The position numbers and the translations under genes were made by a program. Under the pieces are notes generated by a model. That model was not told the DNA's origin, made no database searches, and saw only the letters and a program-made list of their open reading frames with translations. Below are positions 11,816 to 21,833 of a stretch of 64,000 bases of DNA, one piece after another. Position 1 is the stretch's first letter, and the number at the start of each line of letters is the position of its first letter. Source of the DNA: Candidatus Poribacteria bacterium (GTDB lineage Bacteria; Poribacteria; WGA-4E; PCPOR2b). The stretch is taken from NCBI GenBank assembly GCA_965218095.1, contig OZ244587.1, forward strand, positions 1,856,001 to 1,920,000, in the 5' to 3' direction.

Positions 11816-13144
11816 CTATCCCAGCTTAAAGAATGTGCCGGCGATGTAACGGACACAAGCTTGCTCCGGAACCGGTTGGTCACCATCCTTGCTCGTGATG
11901 TAGTAGACTGTGAATATGGTTCCATCGGCTAGTTCCGTCGCCACGGGGTAGCCACAATCCCAGGTGTAGGCATCGCCCCTGATGACGAATTCCGCGCTCC
12001 AGGTCTCGCCGAGGTCATCACTCACCACGCCAAGAACGCCGCGACTGCCATATTCCTCATACGAGCGCCTCCCAAAAACGACCACAATCCGTCCATCCTG
12101 CGTGACCAGCGCACAAGGCGATCGGTAATGCGGCCCTGAGTGATCTCCCGGCGCATGGTCGAGTTTCTTACCTATCGGGGCAGGACGGGACGCTCCCGGG
12201 CTGACATCAACGATGAACCGAGGCGGTGACCAGGTCCGTCCACCATCTTCAGAGAACGCCACGCATGGGCAATTCTCAGGCATCTTGTGCATGCAGCACA
12301 GCAGGCGGTCGTCCGGCAGATGGTGCACTCCCATGTAGGTGTAGCCGGTAGGCGAGTCGACGTCCCAATCCGTGTCAGCGGTGACAATTTGGCTGGCGTA
12401 GTCCTAAGATAGGCCGTTGTCACGGCTCACGTAGAAACAAGAGGTCACCCGGCCATTTTTGCCACGTGTGGTGCCGACAATGCCCAGAACGCCGTTATCG
12501 AACCGGACGTGGCCCAGGTTTACGGAAAGAAACCCATCACCCTACTGCGGCGGCATAATCACGGTGGGACGGCTTTCCCAGGTGCGTCCCCGGTCCGCAC
12601 TTCGCAGACAGAACGAAGGCTCCGGCACCATCTTACCAAAATAATACCTTCCCGATCGTGGGTCAGTATTGGCACCTGTACCCCCAATCGGCCATTTCAG
12701 GTATTCACCGTTGCAAAAGTGGCTGATGGCATCTAGCTGCGATAGGTCAATCTGTTCCCGCTGCGACGCGGGCGTCGGTTGCAACCATTCCAAGATCTCT
12801 TCCAAGTATCGGTCGTTATGCCAGATCCAAGTCCGCTCGCTCTCCGGCCAGGTCCGGCCGTTGTCGAACGAGTGGTTGAGGATGACGCCCGCCCCTGGCA
12901 TCGTCGTGTAATCATGCGGATGCCACAGCTTGACACCTTCGGGGGCTTCCATGCCTTCGTCTGTGTATTTCACCGACTTGACCAGGTGCGCCACGACAAT
13001 CTCGCCGTCGCCGAAGTTCCAGATGCCCCCTCGGTTGGGGTGGCCGGCATACTTGTTTTCATCGTAGAATATGCGAACGTGCTCCACGTCCTGCACCTGG
13101 ACTTTCTTTACGCAGACTCTTTTTCTCGAAACGGTGTTACCCAT
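11816..13144 (-). pseudogene. Asp-box/BNR (sialidase-like) protein, paralog B, with in-frame TAG at 12542 and 12404
   Basis: Colinear with paralog A (AGHPNRGGIWNF, RGDAYTWDCGYP); ORF pieces 12542-13144 and 11816-12334 share a frame. Confidence 0.85.
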
Positions 13145-13327
13145 CTTCGTTTGCTCCTTCCTAAGCTAGGGGGGCCACAGAATGGTTCCTGACAAGGGTA
13201 GGTTTTTAGACCGTAGGGTCGAAATGTTTATAGGGAGCTGTTGCAGAGTCGAACAGATTACGACGAAATTCTCATGTTACACTTCTGGTTAAAGTGTATC
13301 ACTCCTGTGACCGAATGACCCATTCCG

Positions 13328-13651
13328 TCACAGTCTATTTTTGCTTTCGTATTCTTCAACAGCTTTCAAGGCGTCAGGTGTGTTAATTTTACCCAATGCG
13401 ATAGTAACTATGAGACGAACCCGCGCTTTCTCATCACTCAATATTTCTATCAACGGCTCTACAGCCTTTGTATCACCAATCTTACCCATTTTCCAAACGG
13501 CATATTCTCGAACAATTGGAAAGTCTGAATGTAGGGCTTGTGTAAGATTCTGTAGATTCTCCTTATCCTTACTATGTAGGGTTTGTATTAGATTCCATAA
13601 ACTATCTTCACCTCTGATTGAAAAATTCGTGATTTTGCATACACTTTTCAA
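13328..13651 (-). CDS. HEAT/PBS-lyase repeat protein (probably a fragment)
   Basis: VREYAVWKMGKIGDTKAVEPLIEIL, VRLIVTIALGKI. Confidence 0.7.
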   Translation of the reverse strand: MKSVCKITNFSIRGEDSLWNLIQTLHSKDKENLQNLTQALHSDFPIVREYAVWKMGKIGDTKAVEPLIEILSDEKARVRLIVTIALGKINTPDALKAVEEYESKNRL

Positions 13652-13826
13652 CTCAAAACGGTAAGAAATTCGGGTTGTAACCTTCCGAAGGTTGGTGACA
13701 AAAAATCGAGCTTTACACGGTGTAAGAGACCTACTCGTGAGGAATGATGCGGTGCTTCAGTTCTTCCATGCTGAGCAGAACATCAGACTCCTCAGTTGCT
13801 CTGCAAGCAACCAGCCCTCATCAACA

Positions 13827-14030
13827 TCATGATGGGGAGACATAGACGGCGTATACACGGATGTCCTCTAGCCTCACGCTCCCATAGTTGACCCTCACGC
13901 GGATCGGACCATCGATGCCAGCGAGGTTCTCTTCGTCGCGCCACGCAACCGCCTGCTTGAATCCCAATTCTGCGAGGGGGACACAGGCTTCCCCTGAATA
14001 GCCCGGTATCACGCAGAACTGCTCGCCGCA
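13827..14030 (-). pseudogene. Orphan C-terminal fragment of a larger (glycosidase-associated) protein
   Basis: IPGYSGEACVPL...AVAW...GPIRVRV...RVYAVY resembles a C-terminal beta-sandwich tail; no N-terminus. Confidence 0.4.
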
Positions 14031-14059
14031 GTTGGAAGAAGTGCGGTGAATGACCAGCG

Positions 14060-14866
14060 TCACGGTTGAATGCCACATATCTTTTTCATGTGGCTGTCCA
14101 TCGCCCGCACATGATCAGCATGAAATCGACTGGCGCTGTTCTCGGTCAATGCGTCGAGTGGCTCCTGGCCGTCGCATTTTAAGAAGTGAATGAACATCAC
14201 CTTGCGCGGCACGTCGCGCATATTTTCTGAACGATCGTGTACCAAGAACGCGTGAAAAAACAGCGCACTGCCCGCGGGGACGCACATCTCCATAGGTTCG
14301 GGCAAACCCGGCAGGCCATTAAAATCCTGCGCCAATACGCGCGCTCGCAGTGCGGGATCTTCCAGACATTGCTTTACGAATCGATGGCTGCCGGGCCGCA
14401 GCATGAACGCGCCGCCGCCAGGCTCAACAGTACTAAAGTGCAGCACACAGTTGACGTATCGCTCATCACCTGGCTCGGGCAGATTGTGGGGCCAGTCCAC
14501 ATGGTAACCCGGGTCCAAAGCCTCCGCGCCCGGCGGGCTCTTGTAGGTCGCCACTGGGATCGGGGTGCAGTGGATGCGTAGCGGACTGCCCAACAACGCC
14601 TCAGCAGCTTCGATCAATCGAGGATGCCCCGCGAAGTTGGCCAAACGCGGCTCGCAGAACTGACCTGTAAGAGCTTTGCGGCCGTTCAACTGAACCCCAT
14701 TCTCGCCCGATACCAGTGGCGGCTGAGCATCCGGTGGGAGCAACTCATCGAATAGCGCTCCGGTGCCGGAGAGTTCATCATTCGACAGAATATCGTCGAC
14801 GATGAAATAGCCATCGCGTTCGAATGGGGCGCGGTCAATTTGGTCGGCGATCGTCATGATAGACAT
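14060..14866 (-). CDS. PhyH-family dioxygenase
   Basis: RDGYF, YHVD, LRPGSH, VPAGSALFFHAFLVH, RK. Confidence 0.88.
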   Translation of the reverse strand: MSIMTIADQIDRAPFERDGYFIVDDILSNDELSGTGALFDELLPPDAQPPLVSGENGVQLNGRKALTGQFCEPRLANFAGHPRLIEAAEALLGSPLRIHCTPIPVATYKSPPGAEALDPGYHVDWPHNLPEPGDERYVNCVLHFSTVEPGGGAFMLRPGSHRFVKQCLEDPALRARVLAQDFNGLPGLPEPMEMCVPAGSALFFHAFLVHDRSENMRDVPRKVMFIHFLKCDGQEPLDALTENSASRFHADHVRAMDSHMKKICGIQP

Positions 14867-15254
14867 GCCCTCAAAACAATACGTTTCATTACTACCTCGG
14901 CTTTGTTAAATTACAAGTCAAAATCGAGCTTCGATCCAGTAATGGTGCGGGATTAAACATCGGATGGGTGCCTTCTATCCCGGCTGTTGGCAGTCACTGT
15001 AAACTTGGACCGCTACTCTACCTCCAGCCGTGTCAATGTTTAATTCCAGTGTTGGTAAGGCTTTAGACAGCATTTCAGTCAAAATTATGACAAAGCCGAG
15101 CTACTCTCCCCTCTTCCAGATTGTCTGCGTACGAGGAATTTCGGTATTATATCACAGTTGGCAACATGAGCGAGAAAAAAATGAATGGTGATTCTGTCGT
15201 CACTGCTTATCCTCAAAATCCCGTATCGCTATCGCTAATTCTAAGTCCGATAAA

Positions 15255-15548
15255 TTAGGTTATCAGCCGTTTTATTAGCGTGTGAAATCGGAGCGCTAGC
15301 TGAGTACCTAACGGTTCGAAAATAGCCGCCCGTTTTTCGGTCATGGGGTCAACTAGATCTTCGGCGACTTCACATGTCACGTGGGTGCGACCATCTGGAC
15401 GACCTTGGAGTACAATACGCCCTAGATCGCCTAGCTGTATATGCCGGAACACCTAGGCTCAGCCACTTTTCAGGCGTTCTTTTCTAAAAGATACGTCCTC
15501 AGGCAACTTAAACCCGCTGTGAGTTTTTTGCATTCCTCTATTCTCCAT
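15255..15548 (-). pseudogene. Hypothetical protein remnant with two in-frame stops
   Basis: MENRGMQK...ERLKSG*A*VFRHIQLGDLGRIVLQG in one frame. Confidence 0.5.
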
Positions 15549-15807
15549 CGGCTACGGTTGTATAGCAGCGGGGCTTCCCAGAAGTGTTGGGCTCTTCATG
15601 TATCAGAAAGACGTTATGGAGCGTGGTTTCCGGCGTTTTCGTTACGAAGACGGACAGATAAAGCAGCCCCGCCGTTTTGTCATCGGATATGCCCCGCAAA
15701 ATCAGAACTATTGTAACAGAAAAGACAAGATCTGATCTACAAATTTCAGCGATTCTTGGGGACAAACACTTCAAACCAACTCTTGCACAATTCAATAGGT
15801 ACCCTTT

Positions 15808-16666
15808 GGTAGTGTTATAAAAGTGTTGCTTTCCACGGTCCAGTTGTGTTATCGTATAGTAGATGTCAAAAGAAATCATTTGCATACAGGGGAGCGCATG
15901 GCACTCAAACCCATTGAATGTCCCACTTATGGCACAGATGATGTTGTCAAACACGGCAAAACCAAAAAGGGGGAACAACGATATCTTTGCCAAAATCCCA
16001 AATGTCGTTGCCAAGCATTTGTACTGGAAAATGCTCACAAGGGATGACTCCCATAAACCAAAGCCAAAATTATCTCCATGTCGATAAATGGAAGTGGGAT
16101 TCGCGACATCGCGCGTGTGCTGGAGATTAGCCCAGCCACAGTCATCAATGAAATAAAAAAAACAAAGTCGCTCCAACAAGTCAATAAACCACTCCTTGCT
16201 CGGATGAATTGTTCCCAGACCGCCGTGGAGATCTGTTGTGTGAATATTGCAGAGATTGATTTCTGGCAAAGTTTTGTGGGCAAAAAGCAAATCCACGGTG
16301 GTTGTGGCATGCCATCGACCATGACACGGGAGAGGTACTGGCTTACACATTAGGAACGCGCGAAGACAAAGTCTTTTTAGAATTGAAGCAATTGCTAGCG
16401 CCTTTTGGCATCACCCGTTTCTGTACCGATAAATGAGGTGCCTACACCCGCCATATCGAAGAGCAGGCACATCGAATCGTGAAGATACTCACCGAGAAGA
16501 TTGAAAGAAAACACCTCACGCTCCGAACCCGTATCAAGCGGCTGGCTCGAAAATCCATCTGTTTCTCGAAGTCCGTTGTGATGCATGACACGATTATTGG
16601 ATTGTTTATCAATCGCGAGGAATTTGGTCTTACCATTTAGCCAATCAACACATTTATAACACTACC
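15808..16666 (+). mobile_element. IS1-family element, inactivated
   Basis: TIR GGTAGTGTTATAAA / TTTATAACACTACC; InsA-like VVKHGK..QRYLC, NGSGIRDIARVL; InsB-like IERKHLTLRTRIKRL; internal stops. Confidence 0.92.
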
Positions 16667-16708
16667 CGGAAACTCTTGCAGACAATTCACACAAAGGAAG
16701 GTAACAAA

Positions 16709-17698
16709 ATGGCACATCTTACCCAAGCCCAAGTGGCACACTTTAAGGAACAGGGGTACCTGGTCGTTGAAGACTTGTTTGACCCCAAACAAGACCTTGA
16801 TCCAGTCATTGAGGAGTATGGAGGTGTCTTAGATCGGCTTGCCCAAGATTTATGTGATAAAGGCGAGATCTCTGAGACGTATGATGACCTGCCGTTTGGT
16901 GATCGACTGACCCAAATTTGCGCCGAATCTGGCAAGGTGCATGCGCAGTATTTCGACTTTTCGTTGCCACAGAAGAATGTGCAGGCGGATATCCCGATGT
17001 GGGTGGGACCTCAGGTTTTCCAGCTTCTGCGTAACGAGAAACTTCTCAATGCCGTCGAATCGTTGATCGGCCCCGAAATTTACTCAAACCCGGTGCAGCA
17101 CGTACGGCTGAAGCCACCGGAGCACCTATGTCCCATCAATGAAGAAACCGGGCGTGTCCAGCTAGGCGCGACCCCGTGGCATCAGGATAGCGGTGTTGTT
17201 ACACCAGAGGCGGATGAAACCGATATGCTGACGGTTTGGTTCGGCCTGTGGGATGCTACCATTGAAAATGGCTGTCTCGAAGTTATTCCCAAAAGCCACC
17301 GTGAGGGATTGCTTCAGCACTGCTATGCGACTGCTACCCCGTCAAGAGGATTTGCGGTTCACATCCCAGATCAATTTCTGCGTGCCGAAGATCGCGTACC
17401 GATTCCTCTCAAGCGCGGCGGTGTCTTATTTTTCCATCGTCGGAATTGTCATTGCTCTCTTCCAAACAACAGCGACAATATTCGTTGGAGCTTTGACCTG
17501 CGCTATAACCCAACGGGTCAGCCAACCGGGCGCAGTGCGTTTCCGGGCTTCGTTGCGCGCAGCCGCTCCAATCCAGCGAGTGAATTACACAATCCTGAGG
17601 AGTGGGCAAATCTGTGGTATGAAACGCGTAGCCGGCTCTCCCAGAGTGAAAACCCCACCTTCAACCGCTGGAAGGTCGACGATCCGGCCTGTGCTTGA
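16709..17698 (+). CDS. PhyH-family dioxygenase
   Basis: EQGYL, PWHQD, ENGCLEVIPKSH, HCS, RWSFDLRY. Confidence 0.92.
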   Translation: MAHLTQAQVAHFKEQGYLVVEDLFDPKQDLDPVIEEYGGVLDRLAQDLCDKGEISETYDDLPFGDRLTQICAESGKVHAQYFDFSLPQKNVQADIPMWVGPQVFQLLRNEKLLNAVESLIGPEIYSNPVQHVRLKPPEHLCPINEETGRVQLGATPWHQDSGVVTPEADETDMLTVWFGLWDATIENGCLEVIPKSHREGLLQHCYATATPSRGFAVHIPDQFLRAEDRVPIPLKRGGVLFFHRRNCHCSLPNNSDNIRWSFDLRYNPTGQPTGRSAFPGFVARSRSNPASELHNPEEWANLWYETRSRLSQSENPTFNRWKVDDPACA

Positions 17699-18017
17699 GC
17701 ATAGGTGTATGGGAGTGAGGGGGCGAGGAGCGAGGCAAGAATCTCGTCGCCTCACAGACCCGCTCGTGGTCGGAATCCTTATATCGAACTGACGATCAAG
17801 TCCGCAAGCGTATTGTCATCGTTGCTCGGCACCGCCGCCGGAATCCGCAGATCTTCTAAATCCGCCTCCACAACCTCCGGCACCTCAGTTGTATTAATGA
17901 TATTTCGTTCTGGCATGTTACCTGCTCGCAACCCACATTGGTGGTCTCGATCGTAGAGGTAGGGCTTGTCCCCCGATGAGGCATCGAGACTAAGAAGCCT
18001 ACCTGCGTTGATAGAGC

Positions 18018-18073
18018 AAAAAAAAAGCGCAAAGATCCGTGTCACGCCTGATACCTGACACAAATCTTTGCGC
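18018..18073 (-). terminator. Rho-independent terminator
   Basis: GCGCAAAGAT..GTGTCA / TGACAC..ATCTTTGCGC followed by T9 on the minus strand. Confidence 0.75.
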
Positions 18074-18156
18074 CAAAATTAACTACAAATCCTGACAATT
18101 ATGATTGCGCCCCGATAGGATCGGGGCGATAGTATTCCCCCCCGTTTATCGCAGAA

Positions 18157-18185
18157 ATTATATCAAAGCCACGAAAAGATGTCAA
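18157..18185 (-). promoter_or_regulatory. Perfect-consensus sigma70 promoter
   Basis: TTGACA-N17-TATAAT on the minus strand. Confidence 0.8.
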
Positions 18186-18188
18186 GAA

Positions 18189-19030
18189 CTAGGTTCTGTT
18201 GACATTTGAGTATAAGGTTGTGGCATAATAGAAGAATGACGCCAATAACCTTACCTGATGAACAATGGAATAAGATATACCGGTTTCTTCTTAGCTGCCC
18301 CACCATCTATGTTGGCGACGAAGCTGCTACACGCCGCTTCGTCGAAGCGGTTCTGTGGGTGACTCGTAGTGGGGCTCAATGGAGACTTCTACCAGACACC
18401 TATGGCAAATCGAACACCCGCTACAAGCGGTTTGCTCGATGGTGCGACAAAGGTATCTTCACACAGATGCACCCCCACTTCGCCTCTGACCCCGATATCG
18501 AGTCGCTTATTGTGGACAGTACCATCTGCCGCGCTCACCCGTCTGCGGGGGGCGCCTTAAAAAGCTGGCGCCTTAAAAAAAACGGTGGCACTGAAAACCA
18601 AGCATTAGGTCGGTCTCGGGGCGGTTTCAGTACAAAAATTCACATCACCGTTGACGGACTAGGCAATCCCCTAAGAATTCATCTGACACCCGGTCAGAGA
18701 CATGACATAACTGAGGCGGAAGGGTTGATAATCGGATATAACAGTGAATATGTGATTGGAGACAAGGGGTACGATTCGGACGCTTTTATCGCCGTTATTG
18801 AGGCGAATGGAGCGATTGCGGTGATACCGCCAAAAAGTCATCGTGTTGACCAAAGAACGTATGACAAACGCTTATACAAAGAGAGACATCGGGTTGAATG
18901 TTTCATCAACAAGATAAAATGGTATCGTCGTATCTTCTCTCGGTTTGAGAAGCTAGCTGTCCGTTATTTTGGATTTCTCAGCTTTGTCTCCACTCTTATA
19001 TGGCTCCCTTGAAATGTCAACAGAACCTAA
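18189..19030 (+). mobile_element. IS5-family element, copy 2, single fused transposase ORF
   Basis: Near-identical to copy 1; same TIRs; flanks CTAG and CTAA. Confidence 0.95.
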
Positions 19031-19037
19031 TATCCAT

Positions 19038-19365
19038 TTCATCTTTCACTTGAATCGGGTCCATAGCGATTCGGTCCTTCTGTTCCTTTACCAAATACGC
19101 CGATCCCTACGATTCCTGCGAATGGACAAAGCATCCACAAACCGGATTTATTCTGATCATGGAAACGCTTGATTGTGCGGATTGTTAACGACCAAAACTA
19201 TAAAACCCCTAAAAGCACCGCGATATCAACAGATACGGACTTAAGACAGAAATCGCAAAGCCAAACAAAGAGTAGACTACCAAATAGACTAAGCATATAG
19301 GTTGGACAGCTCATACGGCCATTCCATGAAAACCAAAAACTCAAGAAATTGTAAATAGTTTCCAT
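19038..19365 (-). pseudogene. DUF805 (YhaH-like) membrane protein, disrupted
   Basis: FSWNGRMS...L*FWSLTIRTIKRFHDQNKSG in frame across TAG 19198; GPNRYGPD in a shifted frame. Confidence 0.7.
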
Positions 19366-19626
19366 CCCTTCATTTACCCTTCCCTTCCGAAATATCCGAT
19401 AATATCTTACTTTTCGATCGAAATTCGTTTGCTGATATGATAAAATAGTCGCGTACAAGGGTTTCCCCTGGCGACAAACCAGGGAAAACCCAAGCCGCAT
19501 AACCATCCAAGTTATGAGCGAACCCATGGTTACACGACTTTGAACTATTATAACGCATTTTTGTCCCAAAAACCTCTTAAAAGACCACAAATCTGCGGTA
19601 ATACACTCAAAATTGTCCAATTCATA

Positions 19627-19680
19627 CCCAAAAAAGGGGGGACCGCTCATATATGTGAGCGGTCCCCCCTTTTTTTTGGG
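19627..19680. terminator. Strong bidirectional terminator hairpin
   Basis: AAAAAAGGGGGGACCGCTCA...TGAGCGGTCCCCCCTTTTTTTT. Confidence 0.85.
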
Positions 19681-19773
19681 TCCAGGCGTCGCCTGCCACG
19701 ACCCTGTTTTTCCCATTAACCTGTATCAGCGTGATACCACGAAAAAACAGGTGAGCGGGCGACATATCCTTCT

Positions 19774-20160
19774 TTGGATCGCTATGTGATCACCTCCTTT
19801 GCTGGTTGGTATATGGCGAGAAGACGGGCTGCTCATCAGCCAGCGGGCAGCCTACCCATTATATCATTTTTTTCTTGGTCTAGGATAGTTGATAAGACGG
19901 ATGACACTGCTGGAAGTCCGGAAGAGTGCCTCAAAGTCATCAAGAATTGGTTTAAAGCCCGTTGCAATGGGTGGTGGGAACATCACTGCGGATTTAGCTT
20001 AGAGACGACGGACAATCCGGGATGGTTGGCTTCCTTTGAGTTATACACGACTGAAGCTGAAGCCAACTTGATATTAGCTAATCCACTTAATCGAAACGAT
20101 GTGGATGTGAGTGTACAAAACGGGCGTCATATATTCCGAATCCTTGTCTGCGTGCCTTGA
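19774..20160 (+). CDS. Imm53-like immunity domain protein (start uncertain)
   Basis: WFKARCNGWWEHHCGFSLETTDNPGW fits the Imm53 pattern W...C(D/N)GxWEHxxG...TxDNPGW. Confidence 0.7.
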   Translation: MDRYVITSFAGWYMARRRAAHQPAGSLPIISFFSWSRIVDKTDDTAGSPEECLKVIKNWFKARCNGWWEHHCGFSLETTDNPGWLASFELYTTEAEANLILANPLNRNDVDVSVQNGRHIFRILVCVP

Positions 20161-20689
20161 AGCATGCTCCTCGATAATTGTCGGTGCCGAGCGCCTCTTG
20201 GTGGACGCACGAAAGAGTGTGCCTGAAGGCGAGTACCCATTACCTAGAATTATTATTGGATGGATTGAGGATGGTGAGAATCCGAGGTTGTGTGATGGAG
20301 GGTTGTTTGGCAAAGCCGACTCGGAAATTTCAAATGTGCTACGCGTTCTCGGGTTTGCCAACACCGTAAAGATTCTCTCCGATGAAACATTCGATTTCGA
20401 TCTAGATGCAGTTAGTTCAACAAAATCGTCGTCTACGACGCTAATCTTGATTCGGACGCTTCCCATAAAACCGGTCGAATTTCCTTGTCTCCGTACTGGT
20501 TTTGCCGTGTATGAACAGCGGGAGGATCAGTTTGTTCTGGCATCTTCAGTCTGCAAGTTTCATCATGAGAGCGGCAAAATCGCCATTAAGTCCACCTGCG
20601 ATGAACAAGGGACTGTTGGTATTCACTACTGGTTAAAAATCAGGGATGTCATGACTGCGGGGTCCGTCAACGTTGTTTTGCAGAAGTGA
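20111..20689 (+). CDS. Hypothetical protein, possibly a frameshifted continuation of the Imm53 ORF
   Basis: 192-codon ORF overlapping the Imm53 3' end and followed by a terminator. Confidence 0.45.
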   Translation: MYKTGVIYSESLSACLEACSSIIVGAERLLVDARKSVPEGEYPLPRIIIGWIEDGENPRLCDGGLFGKADSEISNVLRVLGFANTVKILSDETFDFDLDAVSSTKSSSTTLILIRTLPIKPVEFPCLRTGFAVYEQREDQFVLASSVCKFHHESGKIAIKSTCDEQGTVGIHYWLKIRDVMTAGSVNVVLQK

Positions 20690-20717
20690 CTGCCACATAC
20701 GGAACGAAATCACAAAC

Positions 20718-20754
20718 GGAAAACCCCCGGCGTTCCTAACATCGGGGGTTTTCC
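20718..20754 (+). terminator. Terminator-like hairpin
   Basis: GGAAAACCCCCGG...TCGGGGGTTTTCC. Confidence 0.6.
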
Positions 20755-20942
20755 ATATCCACGAATTGTCACCGCATCGGTAGAAGGAATGGAGAATCCG
20801 CGATGAAGCAGATCTATATGATTCTTTTAGCCTTTTTGCTAATAGGCCCCAAAGCCGGAGAAAGCCAAATGGATGCCCAAACCCTCATCCGCCTGCTAAA
20901 TTTTCAGACAACGCTCATCCAAGATACCGAGATCAATTTCCT

Positions 20943-21734
20943 ATGGTATACGTCGACTATCCCATCATCGGGGACGCCAAGCTAGTGCTGCAGCAGTTCA
21001 TAGAGGCCTGCAAAGACCTCCAAACCCAAGCATCAGCCGGAACGATAACAGTCGTGGAAGAGATCGCATTCGTTAGGCAAGAGTGGTTGAAGCAGTGGAT
21101 GCCCAAGCTCACATCGGATGGAGTCCCCATCACTCCCTACTGCGTCATCTGGGAGTTCATGAACAATGTTGACCCGGCAAAAGCTATCGTCACCCACGAC
21201 TCTGGAAGCCCTCGCGACCAGTTGATGCCCTTCTATCAGTCGGGAGGCCCTCGAACGTACCTGGGCTAGGGCAAGTCCCACGGGCTTGGACTTAACATCG
21301 GTGCGAAACTCGCCGCGCCCGACAAATTCGTGGTTAACTTCATGGGGGACGCCGCATTCGGGATGACGGAGCTGGACTTCGAGACGACTACCCGAAATAA
21401 CATACCGGTCCTCACCATAGTGCTTAACAACTCCACCATGGCTATAGAGACAACGCATATGGCCCGATCCCATGAGCGATACGGGACCCGGGACATTGGC
21501 GGAAACTATGCCGATATGGCGCTGGCTATGGGCGGATGGGCGGAGCAGATAGAAGACCCCGCAGACGTTGGCACAGCAATCCGGCGCGCCAGGAAGGCCA
21601 CCGAGGATGGGCAAGCGTCGCTGCTCGAATTCATCACCAGCGAGGAGATCGCCTTCTCACACAGGCGCCCCTTCTCACAGCTCACGATCGGGGATTCTTC
21701 GCATCTGAAACCGCAGAGACCGCTGAGTGCGTAG
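20943..21734 (+). pseudogene. 3' half of a thiamine-pyrophosphate enzyme (acetolactate synthase-like), in-frame TAG at 21267
   Basis: THDSGSPRDQ, MGDAAFGM...LNN TPP motif; 5' half replaced by an unrelated signal-peptide fragment (20803-20985). Confidence 0.85.
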
Positions 21735-21833
21735 AGAAATTCCGATTTAATACTTGTAGGACTTACGCAGCCGATGTGCAGAACCTGCGATTTCACCGTA
21801 TCGTGAATCTTGTATCCGTGTTTGTATCCCTGA

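Noticed and set aside
15155-15171. AGTTGGCAACATGAG, a possible solo IS end
   Set aside because: No partner repeat or transposase found in the window.
18124-18150. GGCGATAGTATTCCCC resembling a fluoride riboswitch start
   Set aside because: Lacks the downstream conserved pseudoknot segment; promoter and terminator point the other way.
19788-19800. GATCACCTCCTTT, identical to the 16S rRNA 3' end
   Set aside because: No other rRNA sequence around it; better read as a minus-strand Shine-Dalgarno sequence.
19825-19850. CTGATGAG (minus strand), the hammerhead ribozyme core
   Set aside because: No stem II closed by GAAA and no cleavage triplet arrangement.
10330-21269. Genome-wide stop codon reassignment (TGA or TAG to Trp)
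   Set aside because: Both codons appear at the broken sites, both end intact genes (for example TAG 41111, TGA 17698), and intact genes use TGG.
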